NCBI GenBank assembly: GCA_050084515.1
Contig: CM114271.1
Span: forward strand, 10,354,001 to 10,418,000
Length of the DNA stretch: 64,000 bases
Origin: Blasia pusilla
Lineage: Eukaryota
Direction: 5' to 3'
The translations under genes and the position numbers were made by a program. Below the pieces are notes generated by a model. It searched no databases. It was not told where the DNA came from and saw nothing but the letters and a program-made list of their open reading frames with translations. Shown here piece after piece: positions 52,622 through 64,000 of this stretch (the stretch's first letter is position 1; each line of letters starts with the position of its first letter).

Positions 52622-55600
52622 TCAATAAAGTAAAAAACGACAGTGCGGCCCATACAACGTGTTTGTACGGAGCTTCCAAGTGTCAACCAAGAAACTCTTC
52701 ACCACACCATCTACTTTACGTGATTGGGATCCCCAATAGACATTACTTACCAGTGCAACAACTTTGGGCAATGAATCAAGGCTACTGAATGTGTTGAACA
52801 GTTCTGGAGCTACCAACTTAGCAATATCAGCATATGCTCTTGCTCTGTGTGTTGTGAATTTTGCGCAGGAGACCAAGTAATGACTAGAGGTTTCATCCCC
52901 ATCGTCACACAAGGCGCAAGAGTTTAGTTGTGTTCCCATCCTACTTTTCTTATGGTTCAAGGGGATTGCTCTTGTTCTGAACTTGAACTTGAGCCGGGTT
53001 TCCAAGCAAGGGGTTCCCCACAAATAGTTCTTCACTTCTGCCTTCTCGAGATATACCGTCAAAAGAGAGAGCTCAGAAATTTTCATGGCTTCCTCCATGT
53101 TGTTATGCTATGAGTGTTTGCCCACTGCTTTGGTTATGGTATCCACGAATGCTTTCTCATCTTGCTCCCACAATTCAGGCCCTGTTGGGAGCTTGGATGC
53201 TTGCACAATCTCTTGAACCTTTTTCGTCCAAGATTTGGCCTGCTTTACGGGTCTTCTTTGGGTCCAAGTTTTCCCATTACCTCTTTAGGATAGCGATGGG
53301 AGTCCATTGTCTCCAACTGTCTCCACCATTTCAACTTGGTGATGTCATGTCTATCCTCCAAAGGATCCACACCTAGTTCTCACATCAACTCGGGTTGTTC
53401 GTGATGGAGTTGACATCATACCCCGAAATGCCTTCACCTGCACAGCTTCAAGCCTATCCCTTTGTTTGATGTTGGCATCCCACATTCTTGCCCCATATTC
53501 CAACAAAGGACGAATGGTATGAAAAATGATAGAGCGCTTTACTTCTGATGTGATATCTCGGTAGTGTAGGAATCTGGACAGATTGTTCACCTTCTTGTGG
53601 CCTTTCTCAGTAGTCTTCTTAATGTGCGCATCCCACATGCAATCTTCCGAGAATTCAATGCCCTGATAGGTGTATGTAGCCCTATAGGGGATCTCTTGTT
53701 TGCTCCAATACCACTGTCGGTCTTGGTCCTCCTCCTTGCCATTGAAAATCATCACACTGCACTTCAGTACATTTTCCTCCATGCCCCACATGTCATACCA
53801 GATTTTCGTTAGGGAGATCATCTCTTGGAGTTTCTCTCCTATTTCCTCGAGGCCACCAAAGTCATCAGCAAACATGAGAGCAACAAAAAAGTTGTTGCTC
53901 ACCCGTATGCCTAGTCCACTATCCTCCATTTCTTCCAATAGGGAATTCATGAAAATGTTGAGGAGGGTGGGGGAGAGCAGGCATCCTTGAGCCACTCCTT
54001 GCTTGATGTCAAATGTCCCACTCTTTTGGCCATTCACCAAAACTCTACTCCTTGTGTTTTGGTACATCTTCTCCACCACCCTCCACATTTTCCCTCTCAG
54101 CATTGCCTTCCACAAGCTATAAGATAGCCCGTCACGCCATACAGTGTCACATGCCTTCTTGAGATCCAAGAAGAAGCAATAGGTGGGTTTTCCCTCTTTT
54201 TTCCTACCTTGGATAATCTAACTGAAGGTGAAGATGTGATCCACGCATCCTCGGGCTTGCCAAAAGCTAGCCTGCCATTCCTTGATGACAGAATTATCCT
54301 CCAGGTACACAGAGATCCTATTGTTGAGTATACGGCAGAGGAGCTTCCCGACTACACTCAGCAATGTAATACCCCTGTAGTTTCCAGGGTCTTCTCGCTC
54401 ACCCTTCTTGAAGAGGTTCACGATGACTCCCACCCGCCATCTTTGTGGGATTACTTATGCCCGCCAGACCAGGTTGAAAAGACTCACTAGAGAACGAGCC
54501 ATAGAAGCATCGCCATACTTCAACAACTCATTCACAAGCTCATCACCACCGCCTGCTTTTGTGGTTCACAAGTTCTTTGATCGTTGCTCCCACCAAAGCC
54601 CTGGAGAACCAATTGTTATATGGGTTGCCAAACTCAACCTCATCATCTACCTTCTCCCGTTGTATCTTAACAAAATCCTCCACCACCCTCTCGAAGTTCT
54701 GCTCTTCAAGGGAGCGGGCTTCCTGCCTAACTCCTTTAATGGTCTTCCAACACATGTCAGATCTGTTGAGCCGTGGTCATCATTCCACTGTCTTTTCTCT
54801 TCAAGGCCTTTACGTCATTTTTGTCCCTAGCTTTGCTCAATTTTTGCACTCCCATCTAGAACTTATTGTTGATTCTCAGTGAAATTCTCATTGATGGATA
54901 AGTATGTCGCTTGGTTCAACTTCTTCTTGTGCATGCATACAAGAAGAGGGGTTTCCTTGCATAGGGCCACATACTCTGTCCACAAGGATGCATCATCCCT
55001 AGCTTTGGCACTTGTTACATACGCTTTCCTTCGTTTGGCAATGGCTGCCTTGAGTTCTTAGGACCATCATTTGACGACTCTGCCGCATATTATCTATTTC
55101 CTACCATCAGCAATCTCGGCGGCATCTATCACTCCACGCTCCCACCATGCCAACACCATGTCCACAGTTATTCTTGTGAACCCAAAGGTCTTGATGGTAG
55201 ATTCAATGAAAATGTCAAATGCCAAGAGATTTTCTTCCAGCTTGCTAATGTACACCTTCTTGTTGCCCTCATCTTGGAAGTCCTCTATCCTCCATTTCTT
55301 GATCACTCTCTTCACTGGTTTGGTCGAGCATTTTAGCCTTTGCTACAACTCTGTCCAAACGAATGAATGATTTGATCTTCCAATGTCTGTCGCATCCACT
55401 GTGATCTTCCCACTACGTGTAGAGTTCCTCATCCACAGCTATGAATTCCACAATGGGGCTTTCATTCTCCTTGAAGTTGACCCTAGTCCACGCCGGGGAG
55501 CCCACCTTATGCCTATCCTTCAGTGCCATCAGTTGAAGTTCCCTCAACATCGTGATCAGCCGTGTGCCATTGCCATTCACTCTCACATCTCCAAACATCC

Positions 55601-56168
55601 CGATCTCCGCTTGGGGATTAGTGCCTTGCTCCACCCAACTGTTGAAGTCTCCCAGCAAGACTACGTTCCCTTTTGTCTGGAACCCAAGGCAATCAATTTT
55701 CACACTATCAAACGATGCCTCTATTACAGGAGCAGATTCACTGTTTGTAGGCATGTAAATACACCCAATATACATATCCGGCAAGTTGCACTCTGCTTGA
55801 ACTTTGACCCATATGCTGTGTTCATACTCGAGCCCTGTGTTGATGATCTCACACCTATCCACCATGAAGTCTCTGATGAAGAACCCGACACCCTTCATAC
55901 CTCTATTGTTGTCCTCCTGGATGCTGCACATCTTTCCAAACCATGCATAGTGTGGTACATTGGGTATCTCCATTAACTTGGTTTCCCAAGTTTCCTGACC
56001 ACCGCATATATGCATTTGATTTTTCAGCAAAGCTTTAGCAACCTCCAGCTGTTTCATTGCATGGGTCAGTCCACATAAGTTCCAGGTACCCAAACGGAGA
56101 CCTCTCACTAAGTGGGTTGGGGGTCGGCGGGCACGCTTTTGGCATAGGTGTGGCTGCTCTTGCAACAT
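52622..56168 (-). mobile_element. Non-LTR retrotransposon ORF2 (APE endonuclease, RT, C-terminal CCHC), decayed
   Basis: GTWNLCGL, QETW, LLGDFNS; KGEREDPGNYRGITLLS, DLKKACDTVWR, GVAQGCLLSP, FADD; CALC...ETSSHYLVSC. Confidence 0.92.
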
Positions 56169-56207
56169 GGAACCTCTTCATGTGCAAGCTCTTCATCGTT
56201 GGTTCCT

Positions 56208-56209
<2 letters not shown>

Positions 56210-56253
<44 letters not shown>
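56210..56253 (+). repeat. (GA)n microsatellite
   Basis: Directly visible. Confidence 0.98.
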
Positions 56254-56257
<4 letters not shown>

Positions 56258-56601
56258 CCAAGTATTTTAGCAAGATAGACCTAAGGCAAGGGTATTACCA
56301 AATCCAAATTGCAATTGTGGCATACACCAACCAATGTGACCCAGACAAGGTCATTTGGTTGGATTTGTAATCTTCTATATAAGATACATCCAAGATTTTT
56401 CCAAGGTTGCTAGACCGCTCTATGACTTGACACGGAAAGTAATGGTGTTTTGATAGTTCGAGGAGTGTTAGGAGGCATTTGAGCTACTACAGTTTCTAGT
56501 CATAAACTCTCTTGTACTCAAGCTGCCAAAAATTGGGGTCCCAACCGAAGTTTGGACCAATGCATCTAATTTTGCGATTGGGGGAATACCCAACCAAGCG
56601 G
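56254..56601 (+). pseudogene. Heavily deleted Gypsy RT/RNase H fragment
   Basis: SKYFSKIDLRQGYYQIQI, then FYIRYIQDFSKVARPLYDLT and WTNASNFAIG. Confidence 0.75.
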
Positions 56602-57878
56602 TGTCGTGTCGAGAATCTTTCTTCGAGCAAGGGCGGGCCTTCTAGCTGCGGTAGATGCGGTCGATGCAAGGTGAACTCTCTAATAAGTTCTCCTTTTTCA
56701 ATACAAAATTATGATGTACACTCTCCATTCTCTCACGACAAGTATCACGAATGGAAGTGTCGAGGCGATCACTTCTTCGTAACATCGGACCCCGAAATTC
56801 CTAACTATAAAATCCCTATAAACTATTTTACGTTTGTACACGAGGAAGATAGCACCACTAGTGTTAAACCCTACTTGAGCAGGCCTATTGACATCCATGG
56901 ATCGCTATATAAGGACATACAAAGTACAATCCCATGTCCTTCCATATGTGACGATAGGAAGAATCACCGGAGTTGGAGATTGCATGACCTGGTTCATGAA
57001 CGCCTCCCCAAAGTGATAAACTAAATAGCGAGTGAACCAGTGCCTATCTACAAAGAGTACCTTGACATGGTAAGGATTGAGGAAAGGAAAGTCGGGCACA
57101 GCTCGTGCTCCACCCCTATCCATGCTTGACAGACATTCTCTACTCTCCTCAAGAATGGGTTTTGGCGGAGTTATTCTCCCAAGAGGGGTAATCCACTCTC
57201 ATTGGGAAAGTAACAAGCCAAAACATCCGCTATTTTAGTATGACTAAACTCTTCTACGGTGACAAACCTCTCATCCCCCCCACACACACGCACCACACTC
57301 TAGAAACTTCTCGAAGAATAGACCATGATCAAGTTACTCTCCCAAGAGGGGTGATCCACTCTCATTGGAAGAGCAAGCAATCCCAAAGCCATACACTCAA
57401 GAGAGACACGAGAGACTCAAGATGTGGAATAGAAGGTAATGAACCCTTGAAGGTCCCTCCTCTTTATATACTCACAAGGGATCCACAAGAGTACGAAATA
57501 GAGCTTATCTTATCTTGTGCCACATGGCTTCCTCTCAAGGCTTAGCCAATCACATTTTGACACAAGTAGATTTCCTCTTATCTCTTCCAAAATATCCTCT
57601 TTTACCCACATGATATTTTCCAAATTACCCCAACTAACCTAGCCACCAACCAAGACTACTTTTGCTTTTCATTAAAGCAACTACTTTACTTTTATAAAGT
57701 CCATCTTTTATGTATTACCTCCTTTTCCTAAAGTTGGGCCCGCATAAAAGAAGCACCATAAAGAGGTTTAAACATAAGAATCTCCTTTTTCTAAGCCAAT
57801 TTACTTAATACTAATGAAACTCTATCTAACACTTAATGACGAAGGAGTTTACACACTGATTGATTTTACTATACGACA
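56602..57878 (-). repeat. 3' LTR (1277 bp)
   Basis: TGTCGT...ACGACA termini. The first 183 bp are identical to 63818-64000. Confidence 0.93.
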
Positions 57879-57971
57879 TTACCCCCTCCAAACCTGCACA
57901 TCCTCCGATGTGTGCCGAAAACATCAAGACTTCTTGCTATAGACTTACTTATGTTTTGCCTCTAGACACAT

Positions 57972-60960
57972 TCAATCGAAATCAAGAAATCCTTCACGTC
58001 TACGGAAAATCTTGACCCTTTTTCCTGCAATGGGCAGCTTGAGAATTGTGCCATCTAGTTCACGTAGTTTGTAAGTGGCATTGTCAAAAGCAAAGACTAC
58101 AACATATGGACCAAACCAACGACGTGCAAACTTCTTAATTGTACTATGTTGGTTGTCAAGGCTGTTGTCGTGCACCAAGACCCAATCTCCTTCTCTTATC
58201 GGCTCCTTCCGAAGTCGATGAGTTTTGTCGAAGCGCTCCTTATTTTTCAACCTTGCTTCCTTCATTCGACTAACGCTTCGCAATATCCTCTTCCCCCCGC
58301 TCTAGTGCTTTGCATTCGAAGTGCTAGGAGCTCTTCCCTATTGAGCCCGTCTTCCCACGACAAACCCATCCAAGTGGGTATATCTCCTTCTGCTGGCATT
58401 ATCGGCTTTTGACCTGTCATCAACTCTGTAGGCATGAACCCTGTAACGGTGTTGTGAGTGGTTCTATCTGCCCATAAAGCAAATGGAAGTAATCTAGGCC
58501 AATCACCATAACGATCTCCACACGCCTTTACCAATGCTTGAATGATTGGCGGATGTCCCATTTCGCTCTTGCCGTTTGCCTCCGGATTCATGGAGGTTGT
58601 TAATCTCAACTGGACTCCATATCTCCTGAAGAACTCTCGTGCTTCCTCCGCATTCAACTCACCTCTATCTGCACGGATTCTCCCGACACTCCCATATCTA
58701 GCAACAATATCCTCTAGAATAAAACGACATATAGGCTCTGTTGTTTTAGCCCGTAAAGCCCTCCCTTCTACAAAGTTGGACAACTCTTCTCATGCTAGGA
58801 CCAGGTAACGCATTCCCCAAAGACCTAGTGGCATAGCAACTAGATCTTTAACCCATTGATGATGAATAGACAAAGGATACGTCGATTTAAGTCCATCTCT
58901 CACTCTGATTTTTGATTAAAACTGACATTCAACACACGACCCAACATATCTCTCAACATCCTTATATAGGCCTTTCCACCAATACCTCTCTTTTATCTTG
59001 GTGAAAGTTGCCCAAGTACCTCTGTGACCTGCCCATAAAGAATTGTGGAATTCTTTGAGCACTTCCATTTTTGTCCCATTGTCATCCACCACCCTCAAGG
59101 GCATTCCATCTTTCCTCTTTGGCCTTTTCCAAAGATATCCATCTTGTAGTAGATAGCCATACGCCTTGTGCCGAATCTCCTTGAAGAACTTTTCTGTCCA
59201 CCCTCCATCTCTTTGCAGAGTGCTTAAATAGCGCCCAATTTCTTTTAACCTGCCCTCATACAAATCCTCTTTGAAGGCTAGAACATCCTCTATGCCACCT
59301 CGTTCTTGAGATAACACTTGCCACACATGTGCATCATCCTCATCTATCTCAATTGCCTCCATATCTTCTTCTTGACTAAATCTAGCTCTAGACAACATGT
59401 CAGCTACTGAGTTCTCTTTCCCAGCTATATGCTTCAATTGTGGATTCAAGGACCTAATGTAGGCTATCCAACGTAGCATGGCTATATCTGGAGTCGTACA
59501 ATTCGCAATCATACCTAACAAAGGTAGAAAATCAACCTCAAGCAATACATAGGCTCCCATAAGATACTCCTTCTCAGCTTTCATTGTAGTTACAACTCCC
59601 CAAAGCTCCCTCTTTACCTGAGGATATCTCTCTGCTGCGTTAAAGTAAGTGTACGAGCTCCAAACCTTGTCGCAAATCTTCTTCCTTCCGCGTCATCCTG
59701 CCCAACTGCCCATCCGATAGCAATAGGGCTAGTGTCCACTGTGATGATAATAGGTCGTCCGCATTCGTAGCTCATTTGTCGTAGAACTGGTGGCGACTTC
59801 AATGCCTCCTTCAACTGCATCATTGCTGCTCTTTGCTTCTTCTCCCAAGTGAACTTCTTCTTCTTTCTCAACAACTCATACAAAGGATCAGATATGTGGC
59901 CAAAATGAGGAATCCACACCGATAGAACACACAAGCTCCTAAAACCTTCTCACTTCGGTGGCGTTTTAGCATTCTCGTATCCTCCCAATGACATCAACTT
60001 TTTCTTTGGATTTGGTTTTTCGCCAAAGTCTCCACAAAGATGACCCACTACCACGATCCGAGGAACCCCAAAGCACTTTTCTCCGTAAAGAGTAAGATTG
60101 ACTGTTCTAGTCTTGTTAGGATCATATCCACATCTCGAATATGATTAGACACAAACTTTCTACACCCATCTTTCACAACCCTCTCAATCCTATCTTCTAT
60201 TGCACACCCCTTTATAGGGATATCATCTACAAAAGGAATGGTTTTCTCAGAATGAAATCTCTCAAGATCTTATTCATTGCACTCTACATGTGAGTGACAG
60301 AATTTGTTGCTCCTTGAGGTAATGTGCACATTCTTACAAGCCCAAGTGGAGTGCGCATAGTGGTAATATCTCTACTCTCTGTAGCTAATTGGAATTGATC
60401 ATATCCCGAGTGCAAATCTCCTATAGAATAGATAGCACGGGCTGCAAAAGCTTCTGCGACTTCATCTATTCTAGGCCCTGCTCCCATATTTCGAATGGTT
60501 ACCTTATTTGCCGGTTGCATATCTTGAATGAACAGGAGAGCTCCTGATTTCTTCGGGCATGTGAACCATCGACTCGAGTAAGGCCCCATAGATGGCTTTA
60601 GAATACCCATCTGCATCTTCTCCTTCAATAACTCAATCAGCTTGGGAATCATAGCTCGTGGTAATCTGGTATGGGTTTCAAATCCCAAGGCACATGTGGA
60701 ATGTGAAAATTACCATCGGTGCCACCACACTCGTGTCTACACAACCAATTTCTTGTGTAGTAAAAGAGAAAGCCTTACCATGTCTCCTTAACATCTCGAA
60801 AGCATTTTCTTTCAATTTCGTGAGAAACTCACCCCTCCGATTTGCAGACGATCTAGCGTCTCTTCGTGAACTTGTGTCCTATCTTCTTGACATCCCATGC
60901 AGACTTGGCTCCATTGATGCACGTTCTACTTGTCTCCCACAACCCTCTGGTAGTTGAGTA
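57972..60960 (-). pseudogene. Gypsy RT, RNase H and integrase, frameshifted
   Basis: DLHSGYDQF, LPQGATNS, FVDD (about 60223-60234), VDTSPIAIG, H..AGHRG...YWW..C..C, RADRGE, NPEANGKSE, WFGPYVV. Confidence 0.93.
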
Positions 60961-61474
60961 GCCATTGGTTTCACCTTCCAGGGCCCTTTGTCTTGTATTT
61001 TGTGTGCACTTGTGCCTCCATGGGATGTTAAATCGGACTCAAACCCGTGCCCATCCGCTTCCTTCTCCGTAGATTCATATTCATTTTCTCCTTCCATGAA
61101 CCTTGATATCTCTTCATGCAACTCACGGGAGTGAATTGCAATCACACTTCTATCGAGCGAATCGATGTTCATCTGGTTAAACACCTCTTCAAGACTATCT
61201 CCAAAACCCTCTTCTTCATACATCCCACTAATGAACTCTTCATCTAATAGAACACCCTCACATTTTAACAAACCCTCCTTTTTTTTTATAAAACGTCTTT
61301 TCTTTTCATTCATTTCTTTCATCATTTGGAATCTACTAGACCACGAAGAAAAACATTGAGAAAACCCACACCTAAACATATATGATTCTTCCCCCTCTAC
61401 TAGCGGAAGACTCTTTCTTTTCTCTGCACCCCCATATTCCCGCTCTATAGGAGTGCTAACTAAAAATCCGAAAA

Positions 61475-63750
61475 CTATTTCTCTACCTTCATAGGACCAT
61501 CTCTCAACTTCTCTCTATTCCTTTCATGACCTACAAATGCAGAAGGAATTGAACTGATCTTGTTCCATCGACTTCTAATACGGGCATAATGAGACCCATC
61601 ATCCATGACTTTGGTCTCCATTCTAGATGCTGTGATGTAAGGTTGCCCAAGAATCACAGGATAAGCAGCTCCATTCTGAACAAAGAAATTTTGCTCAATC
61701 AACACATCTCCGATACGAGTTTTGACGGATGGACAAGCACCATAGAGTTCACCTTTTTGGTTGTTAGCCGCTCGTAGTACCCATCCATGCCCTGTATCAA
61801 TTGGCCACATCCCTTTGTCGTACACACTTCGCGACATGATGTTGATCTCCGAACCATGATCAACGAGAGCCATAACTGACTCTTGAAGAGAGCCAAGTCG
61901 AACTCTAGCCTCCGTCGTTGCACGCGCCCAATATGATCGAGAATAGTGTCCACCATTATGCCTTTCTTCACCTTGTTCTGTCAAGGCTTCTCCTACTCTC
62001 GCCTCTTTTCCTTGTAAGTCAAGCTTTTGTCCAAACACTTGGCAAAGCTCTTCATCTTCTTCTTCTGTGATGTCAGTATCCAAAGCTCTCACCATCACCA
62101 TATCTGCAGTCATCTGCCTCTTCCTTTTGATCACATCTATGATCAACTCATGAAAGTCACGTTTGGCTATGCCCAAGACTTCCCTCAAAGAAAACTCTAT
62201 TTTCGCATCCAAAATCCTCTCCTCAAGAATCTCCTTTAAATTCGTGCTTGTCTCGATATCAGACTGCAGCTTGTATGTAGGAGTTTTACCCTTGGTCTTC
62301 TGAGGAGACCTCAATTCGTTCTCCTTTGTCCCTCCTTCTTTGACATGAGAATCCCTCACAGATTCAAATATGGAAGGTCCTTCTTCTCTTGATGGCTGCG
62401 CCTCCGGTTGTCCTTTTCTTCTTAAGATCCTTGCTCTTCTTGCGGCTTCCTCAGCATCAACACCATCATTGTCGCGTCTCCTCTTCTCCTCCACACTAGC
62501 ATCTTGCCAACTCACATGTTTCTCTTGTGCTAGGTATGCTTTAACACACCCAGCTTCCACTGGATCATCCCATCCAGTCAGATGACGGATAGTCTCTGCC
62601 CCTCGTATCATAACTTCTCGAGGAAATTCTAATGATTCACTTTTAGCTCTGAGATACAATAGGCGCTTCAATTTTCTTTGCAAAGGTGTCGAGAATCTAA
62701 TGTCGAGTGGCAACTCCTACTTGACTTCTCACTAATCCTTTCATACCTCCTCTACCAAAGTTGGTATTCAACGGCATACCGGTCTGCGTCGAATGAATCT
62801 TCCCATCTTTGAAGTTTACTATTCCATTTCTAAGAGCTTTGAAAATTCCTCACATTCTCGGCGTTGATGCTCAACACTATCACACCATATACATCTTCTC
62901 ACAAAGTTCTTACTTGTTGAAGGAGCACCAACACTAGGATTCCTATCAAGTTTAAGCTCAGCCATTTCTACTCTCAACTCTCTCAAACCTTTCACCAACT
63001 CATCAATGGTAGAATCTTCAAGCTTTGCTGGCATGGGCTTAGGCAATGGATTTGAAATTGGTCCTCCGACTTGAATACTGTGGTTCTACCTCTACTTCGA
63101 CTTTGCTTTGTGAGGATAGCAACAGCTTCTTCCACTTTCTTCCAATTATTGCTGACACCTCCTTCTTCATTCTTGTCCGCCAACATTATGAAAAGCTTGT
63201 CCTCCAAATTCTCATCTGCCACCTCAAGGAATAACTCGGTTTTCCTCAAGTCTAGAGTTGCCCTTTCAGAAGGAGAAAGCTGAAAAAACCGCTTCTCAAA
63301 CTCACGCAACAACTCATTTGGAGTCATTCCCTTCCCTGGACGTTGCTCTATCCATTCTAGAAAACTCCTCTTAGTCATCCAATCCACATCATCATCGAAG
63401 AATTCTCCTTTCAAAGAATCGTCGTACTCCTCCCATGAGGTTGGATTTTCTGCTCTCAACTTCTTTACTTGACTACGGATCTCTGGTATTATAGCTAACT
63501 CAAAACTTGACACCATATCACCTTCGGGTACACGATTTACCTCCATCTCACAGACGTACTCTCGAACATACTTGGTGATGTTCCTGCCATCAAATCTCCC
63601 CAACTTCTTCACAATCGCTTGGAGAGCCCTTGTTGATCTTTGCTCTCCGATGTGAACTCCTCCTTGTTGGCTCAACAATGTTGTCAAAGTTCGGAGAAGA
63701 TCCTCAGCTCCCTCAGTTCCCATTGATGAAGTACTCCCAAAATTAGTCAT
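61475..63750 (-). pseudogene. Gypsy gag (CCHC) and aspartic protease, frameshifted
   Basis: FDGRNITKY, CIWCDSVEHQRREC, ALVDHGSEINIM, VILGQPY. Confidence 0.92.
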
Positions 63751-63817
63751 CTTGATAAGACTCCAACTTGCAAACACAAACTACCGCCTCAAAGAGCTCT
63801 CACTGGAAGCACCATTT

Positions 63818-64000
63818 TGTCGTGTCGAGAATCTTTCTTCGAGCAAGGGCGGGCCTTCTAGCTGCGGTAGATGCGGTCGATGCAAGGTGAACTCTCTAAT
63901 AAGTTCTCCTTTTTCAATACAAAATTATGATGTACACTCTCCATTCTCTCACGACAAGTATCACGAATGGAAGTGTCGAGGCGATCACTTCTTCGTAACA
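63818..64000 (-). repeat. 5' LTR (partial)
   Basis: Identical to 56602-56784 and adjacent to the PBS. Confidence 0.95.

Larger units (their letters stand above)
56602..64000 (-). mobile_element. Young Ty3/Gypsy LTR retrotransposon without a chromodomain; the 5' LTR runs off the window
   Basis: LTR copies start at 56602 and 63818. PBS-like TGGTGCTTCCAGTGAGAG at 63797-63814. PPT GGTTTGGAGGGGGTAA at 57879-57894. Order gag-PR-RT-RH-INT. Confidence 0.95.

Overview
This is a gene-free eukaryotic window, most likely plant heterochromatin, made almost entirely of nested and decayed transposable elements. The TE families look like those of non-seed land plants, which is an inference only. From left to right: (1) a minus-strand Ty3/Gypsy element with an extra ORF 3' of pol; (2) a Ty1/Copia element inserted into it; (3) a gag-only LTR remnant; (4) a Mutator-like SWIM transposase whose probable intron holds an array of about 16 palindromic 29-bp repeats; (5) a CACTA/EnSpm element; (6) a P-element-like transposase; (7) two LINEs; (8) a young Gypsy with identical LTRs. 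Four solo LTRs have exact 5-bp target-site duplications (TSDs). The standout is a plus-strand Gypsy-type element at about 41.0-46.7 kb. Its polyprotein reads gag(CCHC) - protease - DNMT3-like cytosine-5 DNA methyltransferase - integrase - PHD finger, with no recognisable RT or RNase H. A second copy of its gag lies at 32.1-33.2 kb. All calls come from manual motif reading; no database searches were run.
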